64,000 nucleotides of DNA from Anthoceros angustus (taxonomy: Eukaryota; Plantae; Anthocerotophyta), in assembly GCA_010909165.1 (NCBI GenBank), contig VJWM01000011.1:186001-250000 (forward strand), in the 5' to 3' direction. The translations under genes were made by a program, and so were the position numbers. Each line of letters starts with the position of its first letter. The stretch's first letter is position 1. The notes under the pieces are model-generated. The model was not told where the DNA came from and searched no databases. It saw nothing but the letters and a program-made list of their open reading frames with translations. Shown here piece by piece: positions 52,401 through 64,000 of this stretch.

Positions 52401-53823
52401 CCCAGCAATCAGGGCATTCCATGTCACCACATCCTTTGTGGCCATGCTGTCAAAAACCTGGCGTGCATCTTTCAGTTGCCACATTTTGCATACATGTCCA
52501 CCAGGCAGTGCCAACAAACAAGTTAGTAGGAATGCCACTCTGCACCACATCACAGTGCACTTTTCTGCCAGATTCCAAGTCGGCAGCAAATGCACAAGCT
52601 TGAAGGGCAGCTACAAAGACGTGAGCATCTGCCTTCACTCCTGACCTACGCATCTCATGGTACAGTTGTATGGCCTCATAGGTTTCCCATGTTTAGCATG
52701 CAGATTATGGAAGACCACATGAAGCATCTGGTTTGCCCACCCTGGTGAACACATCCATGGCCTCCTCTACCCTGCCTCCACATGCATACATGCGCAAGAT
52801 ATGGTTCCCCACATATGCAACCGACTCGTACCCGAGTTTGACACTGAGATCATGAAGTCGTCGCCCCACAACCAAATCCTTCTTAGAGGTACACAGTTTT
52901 AGCACAGTGCACAAGAGAGGCTGAGAAATAGCAGAGTCTGTCTGCGCCAGAGATTCCAGGGCTCCAACAGCCTCAGAAAGCCTCCCCTGCTGACATAACA
53001 TGCTCACGGTTCCAGCCGTTACGACGGCCATTTCCGATCCTGCGCGCCTGCCAGGTTCAGGCTCATCCGGAGAGCTAGGCTCTGAAGAAGAGGCACCAAG
53101 GCCCATCTGCAAATCGAGGGAAATTAGCTGCTCATCAACCCAAGCTGGCTTAAACATGTTGTTTAACCACAGCACCTCGCCGGACCCCTTACGCCGGAAG
53201 TCAGGCAAACGGGAGCTCTTCTTATCTCGTCTGTTGTCCCACCACATGGCAGGGTCCAGAAACAATTGTTGCCACAAGTCCTCCTGCTCCTGGCGAGGAC
53301 CATCGTTGGAAATCCCGTCCACACCCACACATTTTCTCGGATGTGGAAGTGCTGGGCTCCTTACACTGCTGCACCCGGAACCCATTTCCGATTCTGCACG
53401 CCTCCCAGGTTCAGGAGAGGCACCGTGACCCATCTGCATATCCACGGAAAAGAGCTTCTCATCAACCCAAGCTGGCTTCGACGTGTTCAACCACAGAACC
53501 TCGCCTGACCCCTTACGCCGAAAGTCAGGCGAACGGGAGCTCTTCTTGTCTCGTCTGTTATCCCACCACATGGTAGGGTCCAGAAAAAATTGTTGCCACA
53601 AGTGCTCCTGCTCCTGGCAACGACCATCGCTGGAAAACCTGTCCCTGCCCACACACGTTCTCGGAAGTGGAAGTGCAGAGCTCCTTACACTGCTGTACCT
53701 GGGGGCCTTGTTTGCCAGGGGTCGACTCCCTGAGATGAGGTGAGCGGGAGCTCCTGGTAGAATCCCTGTACAGACACCAATTTGTTCGGTCCACCACGCG
53801 TCCGGTTGCCATGCTGTGGCCAT
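49446..53823 (-). CDS. PLS-class PPR protein with two N-terminal OSB-type PDF motifs and C-terminal E1-E2-DYW:KP (GRP); frameshifts in the repeat array may be assembly errors
   Basis: ORF 52705-53871 carries two [43 protein letters not shown] motifs followed by PPR motifs. About 8 P-L-S triplets lie at 50340-52600. The terminal ORF reads [42 protein letters not shown]. First ATG in frame is 53823; an out-of-frame ATG slightly upstream (MRKLVYGSSSSW..) could be the true start. Confidence 0.9.
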
Positions 53824-55376
53824 CGTTCCGGGACCGCTGTCGAAAGATGAGTCTACCCAAAGACTACCCACACTAGGATGGATGCCCAGGATGAAGATGA
53901 ACCGTACACCAACTTCCTCATGTCGAATAATTATTTTATAAAAAAGAAAGAAATTATAGGGAATAAATCGGGTACGGTACCCCTATGGCCAACATCGACA
54001 TCATGCAATGCATCGACAGCAAGCTGCGCTCTCCCCTAGGCCTTCGTCTCTCTAGGCCCCCTCCGACTCCTCTGGCGGTCCTTCAATCTCGGCAGCATGA
54101 TGTACTGCTCCTACTGCCTTCAAGAGCTCCGCGTTATATTACGCGAAGTCTGAGTCGATCTATTGGATGGCCTCCTCCACATGGGCTCGGAGCACTCGAT
54201 ACTCCCGTCGCCAGAGATTCTCGGTAGCTGGGCGTGCCTAGTCGCTTGCTGCGCCATTCCCATCGCGAGGTCGTCCAACCTGGTCCTGGCCGCATCTCGT
54301 GAAGCCATTAAGGTGGCTTCTGCCACCTTCTAGAGTCGTTGCTTTTCATTGGCGCGCTCCTCCTCCTCGCTTTTGCGACTCGCGCCCGCCATGGACCGAG
54401 TTCTCCTCCGCCTTCCACAGCGGATCGCCAGCTCGCTTCTCCCTCAACGTCCTTTCCTGCTTTGTCATCTTCTTCTTGTCTCGTCTGTTGTCCCACCACA
54501 TGGTAGGGTCCAGAAAAATTGTTGCCACAAGTGCTCCTGCTCCTGGCAACGACCATCGCTGGAAAACCTGTCCCTGCCCACACACGTTCTCGGAAGTGGA
54601 AGTGCAGAGCTCCTTACACTGCTGTACCTGGGGCCTTGTTTGCCAGGGGTCGACTCCCTGAGATGAGGTGAGCGGGAGCTCCTGGTAGAATCCTGTACAG
54701 ACACCAATTTGTTCGGTCCACCACGCGTCCGGTTGCCATGCTGTGGCCATCGTTCCGGGACCGCTGTCGAAAGATGAGTCTACCCAAAGACTACCCACAC
54801 TAGGATGGATGCCCAGGATGAAGATGAACCGTACACCAACTTCCTCATGTCGAATAATTATTTTATAAAAAAGAAAGAAATTATAGGGAATAAATCGGGT
54901 ACGGTACCCCTATGGCCAACATCGACATCATGCAATGCATCGACAGCAAGCTGCGCTCTCCCTAGGCCTTCGTCTCTCTAGGCCCCTCCGACTCCTCTGG
55001 CGGTCCTTCAATCTCGGCAGCATGATGTACTGCTCCTCGCTTCAAGAGCTCCGCGTTATATTACGCGAAGTCTGAGTCGATCTATTGGATGGCCTCCACA
55101 TGGGCTCGGAGCACTCGATACTCCGCGAGATTCTCAGAGTGGGCGTGTTAGTCGCTTCGCGCCATTCCCATCGCGAGGTCGTCAACTGGTCCCGGCCGCA
55201 TCTCGTGAAGCCATTAAGGTGGCTTCGCCACCTTCTAGAGTCGTTGCTTTTCATTGGCGCTCCTCCTCCTCACGCTTTTGACCGCTGCCTACCATGGACC
55301 GAGTTCTCCTCCTTCCACAGCGGATCGGCAGCTTCGCCTCCCTCAACGTCCTTTCCTGCTTTGTCATCTTCTTCTT
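53541..55376. repeat. Tandem duplication of about 930 bp covering the PPR 5' end and upstream region
   Basis: Copies at 53541-54470 and 54471-55376, with TCTTCTT at both ends and at the junction. Confidence 0.88.
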
Positions 55377-56929
55377 CAGGGCCGCCATGTCCTGCTCCCG
55401 ACGTCTAGTATCGTCCAGCTCTATTTCAAAGCTCGGTAACGTCTTGCTCCTTGCTGCGCCGGTGACCTTCCTCCATTCTAAAGCAGAGCTGGAGTCGCTC
55501 TATCTCTCGCTCATAATCTTCGATCCGCCCTTGGAGAAGGCCATTTTGTTCTTCTATCACCCGGAGTCACAGCTCCAGAGTCTCCTTCTGCCCTTCCACC
55601 TCCTAGCGCTCTCAATCCAGCTCTTGAAGTTGCAGCCGAAGATCCCCCAACTCCCTGTTCCTCACCTCCATTTCCTCGCCATGGGCCACGCGCGCTTGCT
55701 CTGCGGCCGCTTGCTCCATCTTCAGGCTTGTTGTGGCCGCTCCTGCTGCCTCCCTCCATCGCTTCCGATCCCGACGGTAGTGGTCCCGTTCGGTCTTGGC
55801 AATGGCCTCCACCTCCCTTGCCCCCTTCAGCTGAGCCTCCAGTGCCTAGCTCTGCTCTTGCCGGGGAGCCTCCGCCACCTCTTTGGCTTCCTCCGCCTGT
55901 CGACGTGCTCCCTCCGCAACTTCCCTTGTCAGCCCTTTTCTAGCAGTCCTCCGCTCCGCGCCTCTTGCGCCTTTGTGCCTCTTGAGCATGCTGTTCGCAC
56001 CGAGCACCCCTATCTATCTGGGCGGACCTTGCCTCCGTATTATCCTCCTTAGTTTTCAATGTCAATTATTTTCCTATTTTCAGTTATTTCCCTATTTTTG
56101 GGAGTTTTCTACTTATAAATTCCGTTAAATATTTTAAGTTAGAATAATTCAACTTACTTACTTTAATTTGGGTTATTAGCTCCTCACCTGAGTTCTCCTT
56201 AAGTGGGAGTCTTTTTAATGGTGATTATTTACTTTAAGTTTTTACTTAATGCTTTTACGTGAAGCTTAGTTAGGGACTAGTTTTGCTAGACTAGTTTTCC
56301 TTGACCCTCTTTTTGGTCAGAAAATCACCCCTAGTTCATAGTGAGTGGGAGTGATAAAATAACTTACTATTAAGGCACTCTTTACTAGGACACCTAGGAC
56401 TTAATAATTTATTTAGTCCTTAGGGCACTAGGTAGTTTCTTTAAGTAGTTATTTAATTGGTTAGTTGTTACAACCACTTAAGGATTACAACAACCTTGCC
56501 TACATAAAGGCATGTACTTTCTATTATGAATCAATGTAACATATATTTCTTGAGCTTGTGGAAGTTTCTCAGCAGGCAGTTACTGGCAACGAAAGGACAT
56601 CTTCCCGCACGACAATTATGCCTGCTGCACTGCAGCTGAGAGAAAAAGAAGACTTCCAGACACGGCGTCTTGGCAGTTCTCTCAGTCTCCAGCGCTTCAA
56701 CACCTAGCCCTCTGGCGGTCGCTCTTCTTCCGCTCAGGCGCACCGTCGTGGAGGACTCGCATCGCCTCGACGCACTTCCTTCCTCTGGGTCTAAGGGCGC
56801 CGGGAGTTGCGTTGAGGCCAAGACTGTTCCGAAACCAAGACGACTGGCGAGGCAGCATGGCTCCCAAGAAGGCGGCAGAGACTCTGGAGCTCTGGATGAT
56901 ACCCACTCCTCCTCCTTCGTAGCAACTCC

Positions 56930-57070
56930 GTCAGCTTTGCCGTCCTTTTGGCGAAGTCCTTGATAAACTTGCGGTAGTAGCCTACCATGCCCAGGAATCC
57001 CCGCAACTCTTTTAAATTCGTTGGCGGTTGGAGGGATTGGATGACTCGGACCTTATCCTGGTGATGAGTA
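56930..57070 (-). mobile_element. Short Gypsy RT-RNase H linker fragment
   Basis: DKVRVIQSLQPPTNLKELRGFLGMVGYYRKFIKDFAKR. Confidence 0.85.
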
Positions 57071-58704
57071 GTATTGGTTCCACTTGCGGCACATATTTTC
57101 TTGATGCAATATGTGACTAGCTGAAGAGCTCCATTCAATTGACCCATTATTTCTGCAAAGAGCTAGCCAGCATTGACTGAGAGCTTTGTAGCTAAGACGT
57201 ATACCTAAGCATAGTTATGCGTTATTAAAACAAACGCTTTGAGCATGTTCTTCAACAAAAAAAAGTAAAGGGGCCGCTATGCCAGCGCCTTTCACCGAAG
57301 GCATCAACAAAACTCCTACGTTAAGAACAAAACGTCAAGTAAAAAGATATCCACATCCTCATAAAACCATTGATTTCGTTTTATGGCCGAGTTGCTGCAC
57401 AATGGTGCAGGCAAGCTTATGCCTTTCCACGGCGCCGTACGCGTCACAATAAACGAGGCAAGGTCAAAGTCCGGAGGAAGCAAACATGTTGGTGGCACTA
57501 GAGAATCGTGAGGATAAACCAGATTGTTTGGTGAAATACCCAGAACCTCCCTCATACCAAGAATTGCAGAGTCATCTAACATGTTGTACATCATGATTTA
57601 CTATGGCACCCACGGAGTATACTTGTTATGGGACCCGCGGAGTATGTTATATATAAAATATATATAAGATATGTTTTGTGGAAGGATGTGTTATAGGCTT
57701 GGTTCACAAAGTGGACATGAGTAAAACCCCCCACAAATGGATCATAAAGGAGATGCCTGATCAGTTGTGAAGTTTCTATCTCTACCTGCTATGAAGATAG
57801 TCTCCAAGGGGGTGGGTGCTGTGAAAACCGTGCCGCAGATTCCACATTCGGGCATTCAGGCTTATAGTCAGGGAGATGGCATGGCTGTGCCATACATGGT
57901 GGGATAAGAGGTGGGATTAGAGATTCCACCGCATAATGATGTAGCCGTCCTTTCCTCTCATGAATGGCCATCGGGTATCGATTTGCAACCCATACATACA
58001 TATACAAATAGTCTAGATCTAGTCGTAAAAAATGTAGTTTAATATCAATATAACTTACAGTGTGCATGGACCGAGTGCACAGTGCCCGCGTTTGGAGCGG
58101 GCGCCCGTGTTGCCAGGTTGGCCCACCCGGCCACCGGCCGTTCATTAATGGAAAAGGGCCCTGCTTCGTGCTGGGTGGGTAACCACGCCTTAACCAAGTG
58201 TTACGCATGTACATACTGTATGTACATGGCTAGCTGTGCCACAAATGGCCCAAACACCTCGTGGGAAGTGGGAATCCGAGGTTCTCGCTGAAGGACAAAG
58301 ACCTTTAACCGTCGTCAAATTTTAACGTTGGCGTAGCCACGCTGGAAAAGCGGAGGCCCGCACGACTCATCTCTGTTGGCCACCAACAAGGAGGGTGCGG
58401 CGGGCCCATTCTGGCGACACGGCTATACGTTCCCCGTCAGCCGTCACGCGGCGGTCAGGGCGACGGGGAAGCGCTAGGCCGGGGGCAGAGTCCGCGGCGA
58501 TGGACCCGCCGTCTCTCACGCTGCCTGTGCCACGGCCCGGGGGAAAGTAGGTCGCGACTTGCCCCCCATTCCCCACTCTGGCCCCCCTGTGATCTGGATG
58601 TTCCCGACTGCCAGGCCAGGCGCCACTGTTGCCAGCCTGCAAGCTGCGAGTCCGGAGTCTGCGACTCGCGTGCAGCAGGACGAGAAGGCAGCAGCAGCAG
58701 GCCC

Positions 58705-58880
58705 ATGAAAGGAAAGGAAAGGAAAGGACTGGCAAGGAATGCAAGCCAAGGAAAAGCAACAAGAAGCGTTCTCTTCTCTTCAGTCACTGTGAGACGAGAC
58801 GAGACGAGGCGAGGCGAGGCGAGGCGAGGCGAGGGCCCGAGACGAGACGAGACGAGTCGAGTCGAGTCCAGTCGAGTCGG
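58705..58880. repeat. Pentanucleotide microsatellites (GAAAG)n and (GAGAC/GAGGC/GAGTC)n upstream of the kinase
   Basis: gaaaggaaaggaaagg at about 58707; gagacgagacgagacgaggcgaggc..gagtcgagtc at about 58791-58880. Confidence 0.9.
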
Positions 58881-59252
58881 CGGGGCCACGCCAGCTGCGA
58901 GCCGCGCACTATCTCTCACGCCTGCTGCCGACGCGCTCGCCCCTCTTTCTTGCTTCCCGCTCCACGGCACTCCCTTGATCCGATCCGGTCTGCTCCCTTC
59001 CGCACCCGCATTGCGGCCTTGCAGCCTGTGAAGCTGAGTGGAAGCGTTTGTGGGCGATTGGGCGGCTGCAGCTCACGGAGAGGGGGACTATCGCGTCAGG
59101 CGGGCTCTCCTGGGGGGAGGAGATATCTCCGTCCTGCATTCTGCAGTGGGGGCAGCAAGGGTGCTTGCATTGTGGCCCCGGGGAGGGGATGGCGTAGAGG
59201 ATTGTGGGTGTTGCTGAGGGGCGGGGATTTGGAGCTTCAGGGGGGGGCCGGG

Positions 59253-62200
59253 ATGGCGGCAAGGGTGGCACTGTTGCTGTGCTACCTGGTGTTCTTGTCC
59301 AGGTTACAGGGAGGGCATGCGACGACCAATCCAGGGGACGGTACGTTCGTTTTCTTGGGTGCGAGCTTCAGGTGTGTCATGCAGAGTTGATTGTGAGGGG
59401 AGCGGTGGACAATGCATGTCGGCAGGCAGGGTGCGTGGGCGGGTTGTTTCCCCTTCTGGACTGTCAAGATCCTCGCTACTGCTAGCCGGGATGGGGTTCA
59501 TGGGCTTGAGGTCTCTGCTGTATCTGTGTGGAGGGTTTTAGTGTTGCGGACTGGAGGTGGCTGCTGGTTTTGGTTGCCAGTCGGGGTTCTTGCCTGGAGA
59601 ACGGGAGCGCGGTGCTTGAATTGGAGCGTAGTGTTTGAGGTGTTCTGATGCTGGTGGGACGAGCTTTGTGGCGTGATTGCAGTTCAGGGACTGATCACGC
59701 TCTACCAGACGTTAAACTTGTCCCCGAACCTGACGAACTGGAGTACGGATATCAATTCCGATCCATGCAACTCGATCCCCGGACAAGGATGGTTGGGGGT
59801 CTTTTGCGCAGGTCCAGCTGTTACCCAGATGTGAGAATACTGCACCGTGTGATTTACGTGGCTTGTGCGAAGTTGGCGGACAGGGCCTTGGGGTCGTATC
59901 GGTACTGACACTGCTGTCTCTAGTGTGGTGCCCAACTTGAACTTGGCAGGGAACCTACAAAATGCCGGCCCCGCGCTGCAAGGCATGCAAGCCCTGGTTA
60001 CATTGTAAGCTACCGCGGAACTCATCATGTATTGGTCAAGCGCGGGTGTGCCGTACGCCCTGTAGTGATTGGTGTTGGAGTGGTGTTGCAGGGACGTGAG
60101 CTTGAACGCTATCTCATCAGCCTTTCCGAACCAACTCCCTGGAAGTCTTCAGAACCTGTACTGTTCTCTGAACACATAATATTCTTGCTGGGGAGTGCAT
60201 ATTTCTGAATTTGAGTGCTTGAGGCTTTCCAACACACTGTCGTAGCGTTTCTCTCATCCTTTCGTTTGTTGCGACTGCAGAAACATTGCCTTTAACAGCT
60301 TCTATGGAAGCCTGCCCTCCAGTTTGTCGACCCTTGGGTTTCTGGTCACCATGTCAGTGCTACCATGCGACGCTTAGTAATGCCATTAGTATTCGAGTTT
60401 TGCTTTATCAGCCCCTGAATCTGGCCTACTCCTCGTGGCAGGAATGTGAGTCACAACTACCTTTCTGGCGGAATACCAGATGTTTTCCAGTCCTTGCCGG
60501 CTTTAAACTCCTTGTGAGTGTCTCCTTGTAACTCCTTTACGATTCCCTTTGTTCTGTTTCAAACCTCGTTTTCTTGATCGATAAGAAGCTTACTAGCGTC
60601 TCATGTGGCGTCGGGAACAGGGATTTCTCCTCCAACACCTTCACTGGGCCGCTTCCTAGCTCATTGGGCTCCCTCACAAATCTAGCTACTTTGTAAGTAT
60701 TTGGTCCTTGTGTGTCAGAATTGGTTGATCTTACTTATTTTGTCCTTGACCGTTGAAGCAGCTCGTCTTGCTTATGCAATGCCCTAAGTTGTGCCTACTT
60801 GAGTGAGCAGGGACCTGCAAAACAATAACCTGAACACCCAGCTCCCAGATTTCCTGGCGACTCTTCCTGCGCTGACACTTTTGTAAGACATAACAGCCAA
60901 ATAAGTTGGTTGGCACTAGCTTGACTTTTGTTTGGCGCGTTTTTATATATATGAGGAAGTTTGTTCTTCGGCTGCTGATTGCTTTGGTTGTCTGCCGATC
61001 AGGAATGTCTCGACCAACCAGTTCACCGGCCCGATTCCTTCAGGACTCTTGACTAAGCCAGGGCTCACCTTTGTGTATGTGCTCATACCTTTCCGTCTGA
61101 AGGAATGGTTTCTACTAGCTTCTGTGCTAAGGGGCAAATCTTGCTTTAAAGAAATGGTACGTATGGGCACTATATTTCGCTTGTTCCTGTTTGCAGGTAC
61201 GACAACAATCAGCTCACTTTATCCCCACCTCCTCCCCTCAGTCCCGGCATCAGTCCTGGTATTGTTCCGGGACCTCAGGCGCCTGAGGAGGCCCCTCCAT
61301 CGGATTACAGCCCCCCCGCTCCACCAGCCTCTGCACCAACCTCAATTGCACCGAAAAGTAGCAACTTCTGGTCGGGTGGACGCATAGTTGGTGTTGTGGT
61401 TGCTGCTTTGGCAGCCGTCACAGTTGTGGTTCTGGTAGTACTTTTCTTTCTTAAGAGAAGGCAAGAGGAGAAAGGAGATGAAGAGAAGCAGAGTGAGTCC
61501 TCTACTTGGTTTGGACCGCTCAACCCTTCACAAGGTTTGTCTTGTATACAACTCTTCAAGTTACCTGCACACTGTACTAGGTCAGAATGCATGAATCGTT
61601 GGGCCTTCGTTGGTAGAGTCTTTATTGATGGCATAGCAGGTGACATCTAGGAGTGTTTCTGTTGGTTATCTGGCTCTTTTAACCGTGAGTCTGTTCTGTG
61701 GAGACAGAAAGGTCAACTGGAAGCAGTTCGAAGTTTGCACCATGGAAAGCAGGTGAGATGAAATATGGTTGAGCACCCTGCATCGTGTAGTGCTTCCCGA
61801 ACCCCAGTGTGCTAAGTGCAATGATCAGGCGTGGCAGGAAGTGCAGCTGCTGTTGAGGAGGCACCAGTGGTTGAGCTAGTGAAGACATCTCCGCCTGAAA
61901 AGACGAACTTCAGACCTGTTCCCCCTGAGAAGCTGAAGGCTCCAGTTGAAAAGATGTCTGGTCGATCTGCTTCAAGTAAGGGTAATGGTCACAAGGTCCC
62001 AATCTCGGCAACGGCCTACTCCGTTGCAGACCTTCAAGCTGCCACGAACAGCTTCGGTCAGGAAAGTCTCATCGGTGAAGGAGCATTGGGCCGTGTTTAT
62101 CGGGGTGAATTCCCCAATGGAAAGGTTCTTCCTTCTCCACCAAGTTCGTGTTGAATTCCGTCCATTCCTTAAGTAGATATGTCGATGATTCTCCATGTCC

Positions 62201-63471
62201 GTTTGGGCTTCAGTTTCTCACCATTTCTGTGTCTCCTCAGGTATACGCAGTGAAGAAACTGGATACCACTGCTCCTTTGGTACAAAATGAAGACGATTTC
62301 CTGAGCATAGTGGCCAGCATTTCACGCCTTCGGCACTCAAACATCACAGAACTTGTCGGTTACTGTGCTGAGCATGGGCAGCGTCTCCTGGTGTACGAGT
62401 ACGTCAGCAGAGGCACTCTGAACGAGACTTTGCACGCCGCGGAGGAGAATATCAAGAGGCTGTCTTGGAACCAACGTGTGAAAATCGCACTGGGTGCAGC
62501 ACGAGCTCTGGAGTGAGTGGGATACTGCATTTTGCTTGAAGACCTGTTTACTCTCCATCCTTTAGGACTTCGATGCCTAACACGCTGTCTGTTTGACTTC
62601 AGGTATCTGCATGAGGTGTGTCTGCCTGCGGTGGTGCACCGGAATTTTAAATCAGCCAACATTTTGTTGGATGAAGAGCTCAATCCACACCTATCGGATT
62701 GTGGAATTGCGGCTCTTACGCCCTTTGGTTCAGAACGTCAGGTAATTGCACTTCACTGCAGTAATTGGTTGTGCCTTTCGATACTTGCCTCAGAAGAATG
62801 TGGTCAATTGCTGAGTTTAATGTTGTGGTGGGCTGTCTGAATGTAGGTCTCTGCTCAAATGTTGGGCTCATTTGGGTACAGTGCACCCGAGTACGCCATG
62901 TCAGGGATTTACACAGTGAAGAGTGATGTTTACAGCTTCGGTGTTGTGATGCTTGAACTCTTGACTGGACGAAAGCCACTAGATAGGTACTTCCCATCCC
63001 ACTATTGGTCTTTTGATCTCACAAGTTTTAGAGCCCATTTTTCGTCTTACACTGACATCGTTTGCGCGTGGTCACCTCAGCACAAGGACCAGAAGCGAGC
63101 AGTCACTGGTAAGGTGGGCAACTCCTCAGCTCCACGACATCGATGCCCTTGCCAAGATGGTGGATCCAGCCTTGAAAGGAATCTACCCTGCCAAGTCTCT
63201 CTCGCGATTCGCTGATGTGGTCGCCCTCTGCGTCCAGGTGCGTCTCTTGCCATGTTTCCCGTTCCCGTTGTAAGTTTTCTTGTGTCTGACATTCTGTTCC
63301 CGCAATGTCCGGCAGCCGGAACCTGAATTCCGACCTCCCATGTCCGAGGTAGTCCAAGCTTTGGTACGGCTGATGCAACGCGCAAGCCTGAGTAAACGCA
63401 GGTCAGGTGATGACTTGGGGTCTTCACAACGAAGTCTGGATCGTCACGACATCTCGGATTCCTCCGCTTGA
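59253..63471 (+). CDS. SRF: STRUBBELIG-RECEPTOR FAMILY (LRR-V) receptor-like kinase, multi-exon
   Basis: Signal peptide [23 protein letters not shown]; [12 protein letters not shown]; 72-bp LRR exons; [21 protein letters not shown]; kinase [36 protein letters not shown] (HRN typical of SUB/SRF), [74 protein letters not shown]. Confidence 0.95.
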
Positions 63472-64000
63472 TCAGACGCGTGCCTGCTGCTCTGCGAGCT
63501 CTTCAAAGATTCGCGAATTCCGGATGATCTTCGGAAGGCCTCAGACCTGTTTCGTTTCTCGGGATGCAGCATCTGCAGCAATAAAAATTTGCTCGCTGTA
63601 TCCGGGTGCTGGGCCCGAATGCGCTGGTTGCCAACGATTTCGAGACCAGCATTTATTGGATTCTTCAGCCATCTGTTTACCGTTGTACATCTATGTGTAA
63701 AGTTGATCAGGCAGCGTGGCCTTGAGATTTCTCGAAGGACATTTCTTCGCCGAAGGTGTCTGCTCTCAACGTGGACATTTCTTGGCTGAAGTACGGGTTT
63801 TATTCAACAATTGCCCCGGGGGAAAAGAATGTCAGTAGAACAGGAATTGAAATCACGGAACCTTATCGAAAGGCTGTGTGTCCTTGTAGCATGTGGACCA
63901 CACTCTCCGTAGTGCTGCTTCGGCATCTCGCTGGGGGCAATGAGGATTTTGGGTTACCGAGAACAACGCTCTCCGCTTTACACAAACCTGCCACAGCGGG

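Noticed and set aside
50296-52644. Long plus-strand ORFs (for example 51428-52327)
   Set aside because: They are antisense shadows of the repetitive PPR array.
62600-62700. HRN instead of HRD in the kinase as a novel pseudokinase
   Set aside because: This substitution is the known norm for the STRUBBELIG/SRF family.

Overview
Eukaryotic nuclear DNA from a seed-free land plant. Short GT-AG introns and a GRP-type DYW:KP editing factor point to a hornwort, lycophyte or fern (inference). The left 39 kb is a nest of mobile DNA: (1) a decayed, intron-containing Crypton/DUF3504-like tyrosine recombinase; (2) a two-gene DNA-transposon-like unit, with a Sola1-like DDD transposase on + and a ParB-like 'GNH' gene on -, whose introns hold arrays of a 20-bp GC palindrome; (3) a complete Ty3/Gypsy element inserted in that unit (13081-33329, TSD TACGT, tRNA-Asp PBS); (4) a 7.3-kb TG..CA insertion with TSD ACACC inside the Gypsy 5' LTR. 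The right 25 kb holds a LINE 3' fragment, a phi-class GST, an LRR relic, an atypical 4-exon type III PKS, a PLS-PPR gene and a STRUBBELIG-family (LRR-V) receptor kinase. The best candidate for an undescribed system is the PPR gene. Two OSB-type PDF ssDNA-binding motifs lie in the same unbroken ORF as the first PPR motifs, followed by about 8 near-identical P-L-S triplets and a C-terminal DYW:KP/GRP domain of the U-to-C editing type. Caveat: the single-copy genes read cleanly while repeated segments carry many 1-bp deletions, and several 0.4-2 kb tandem duplications occur. Frameshifts and copy numbers in repeats may therefore be long-read assembly artefacts. No rRNA, tRNA gene or CRISPR array was found.
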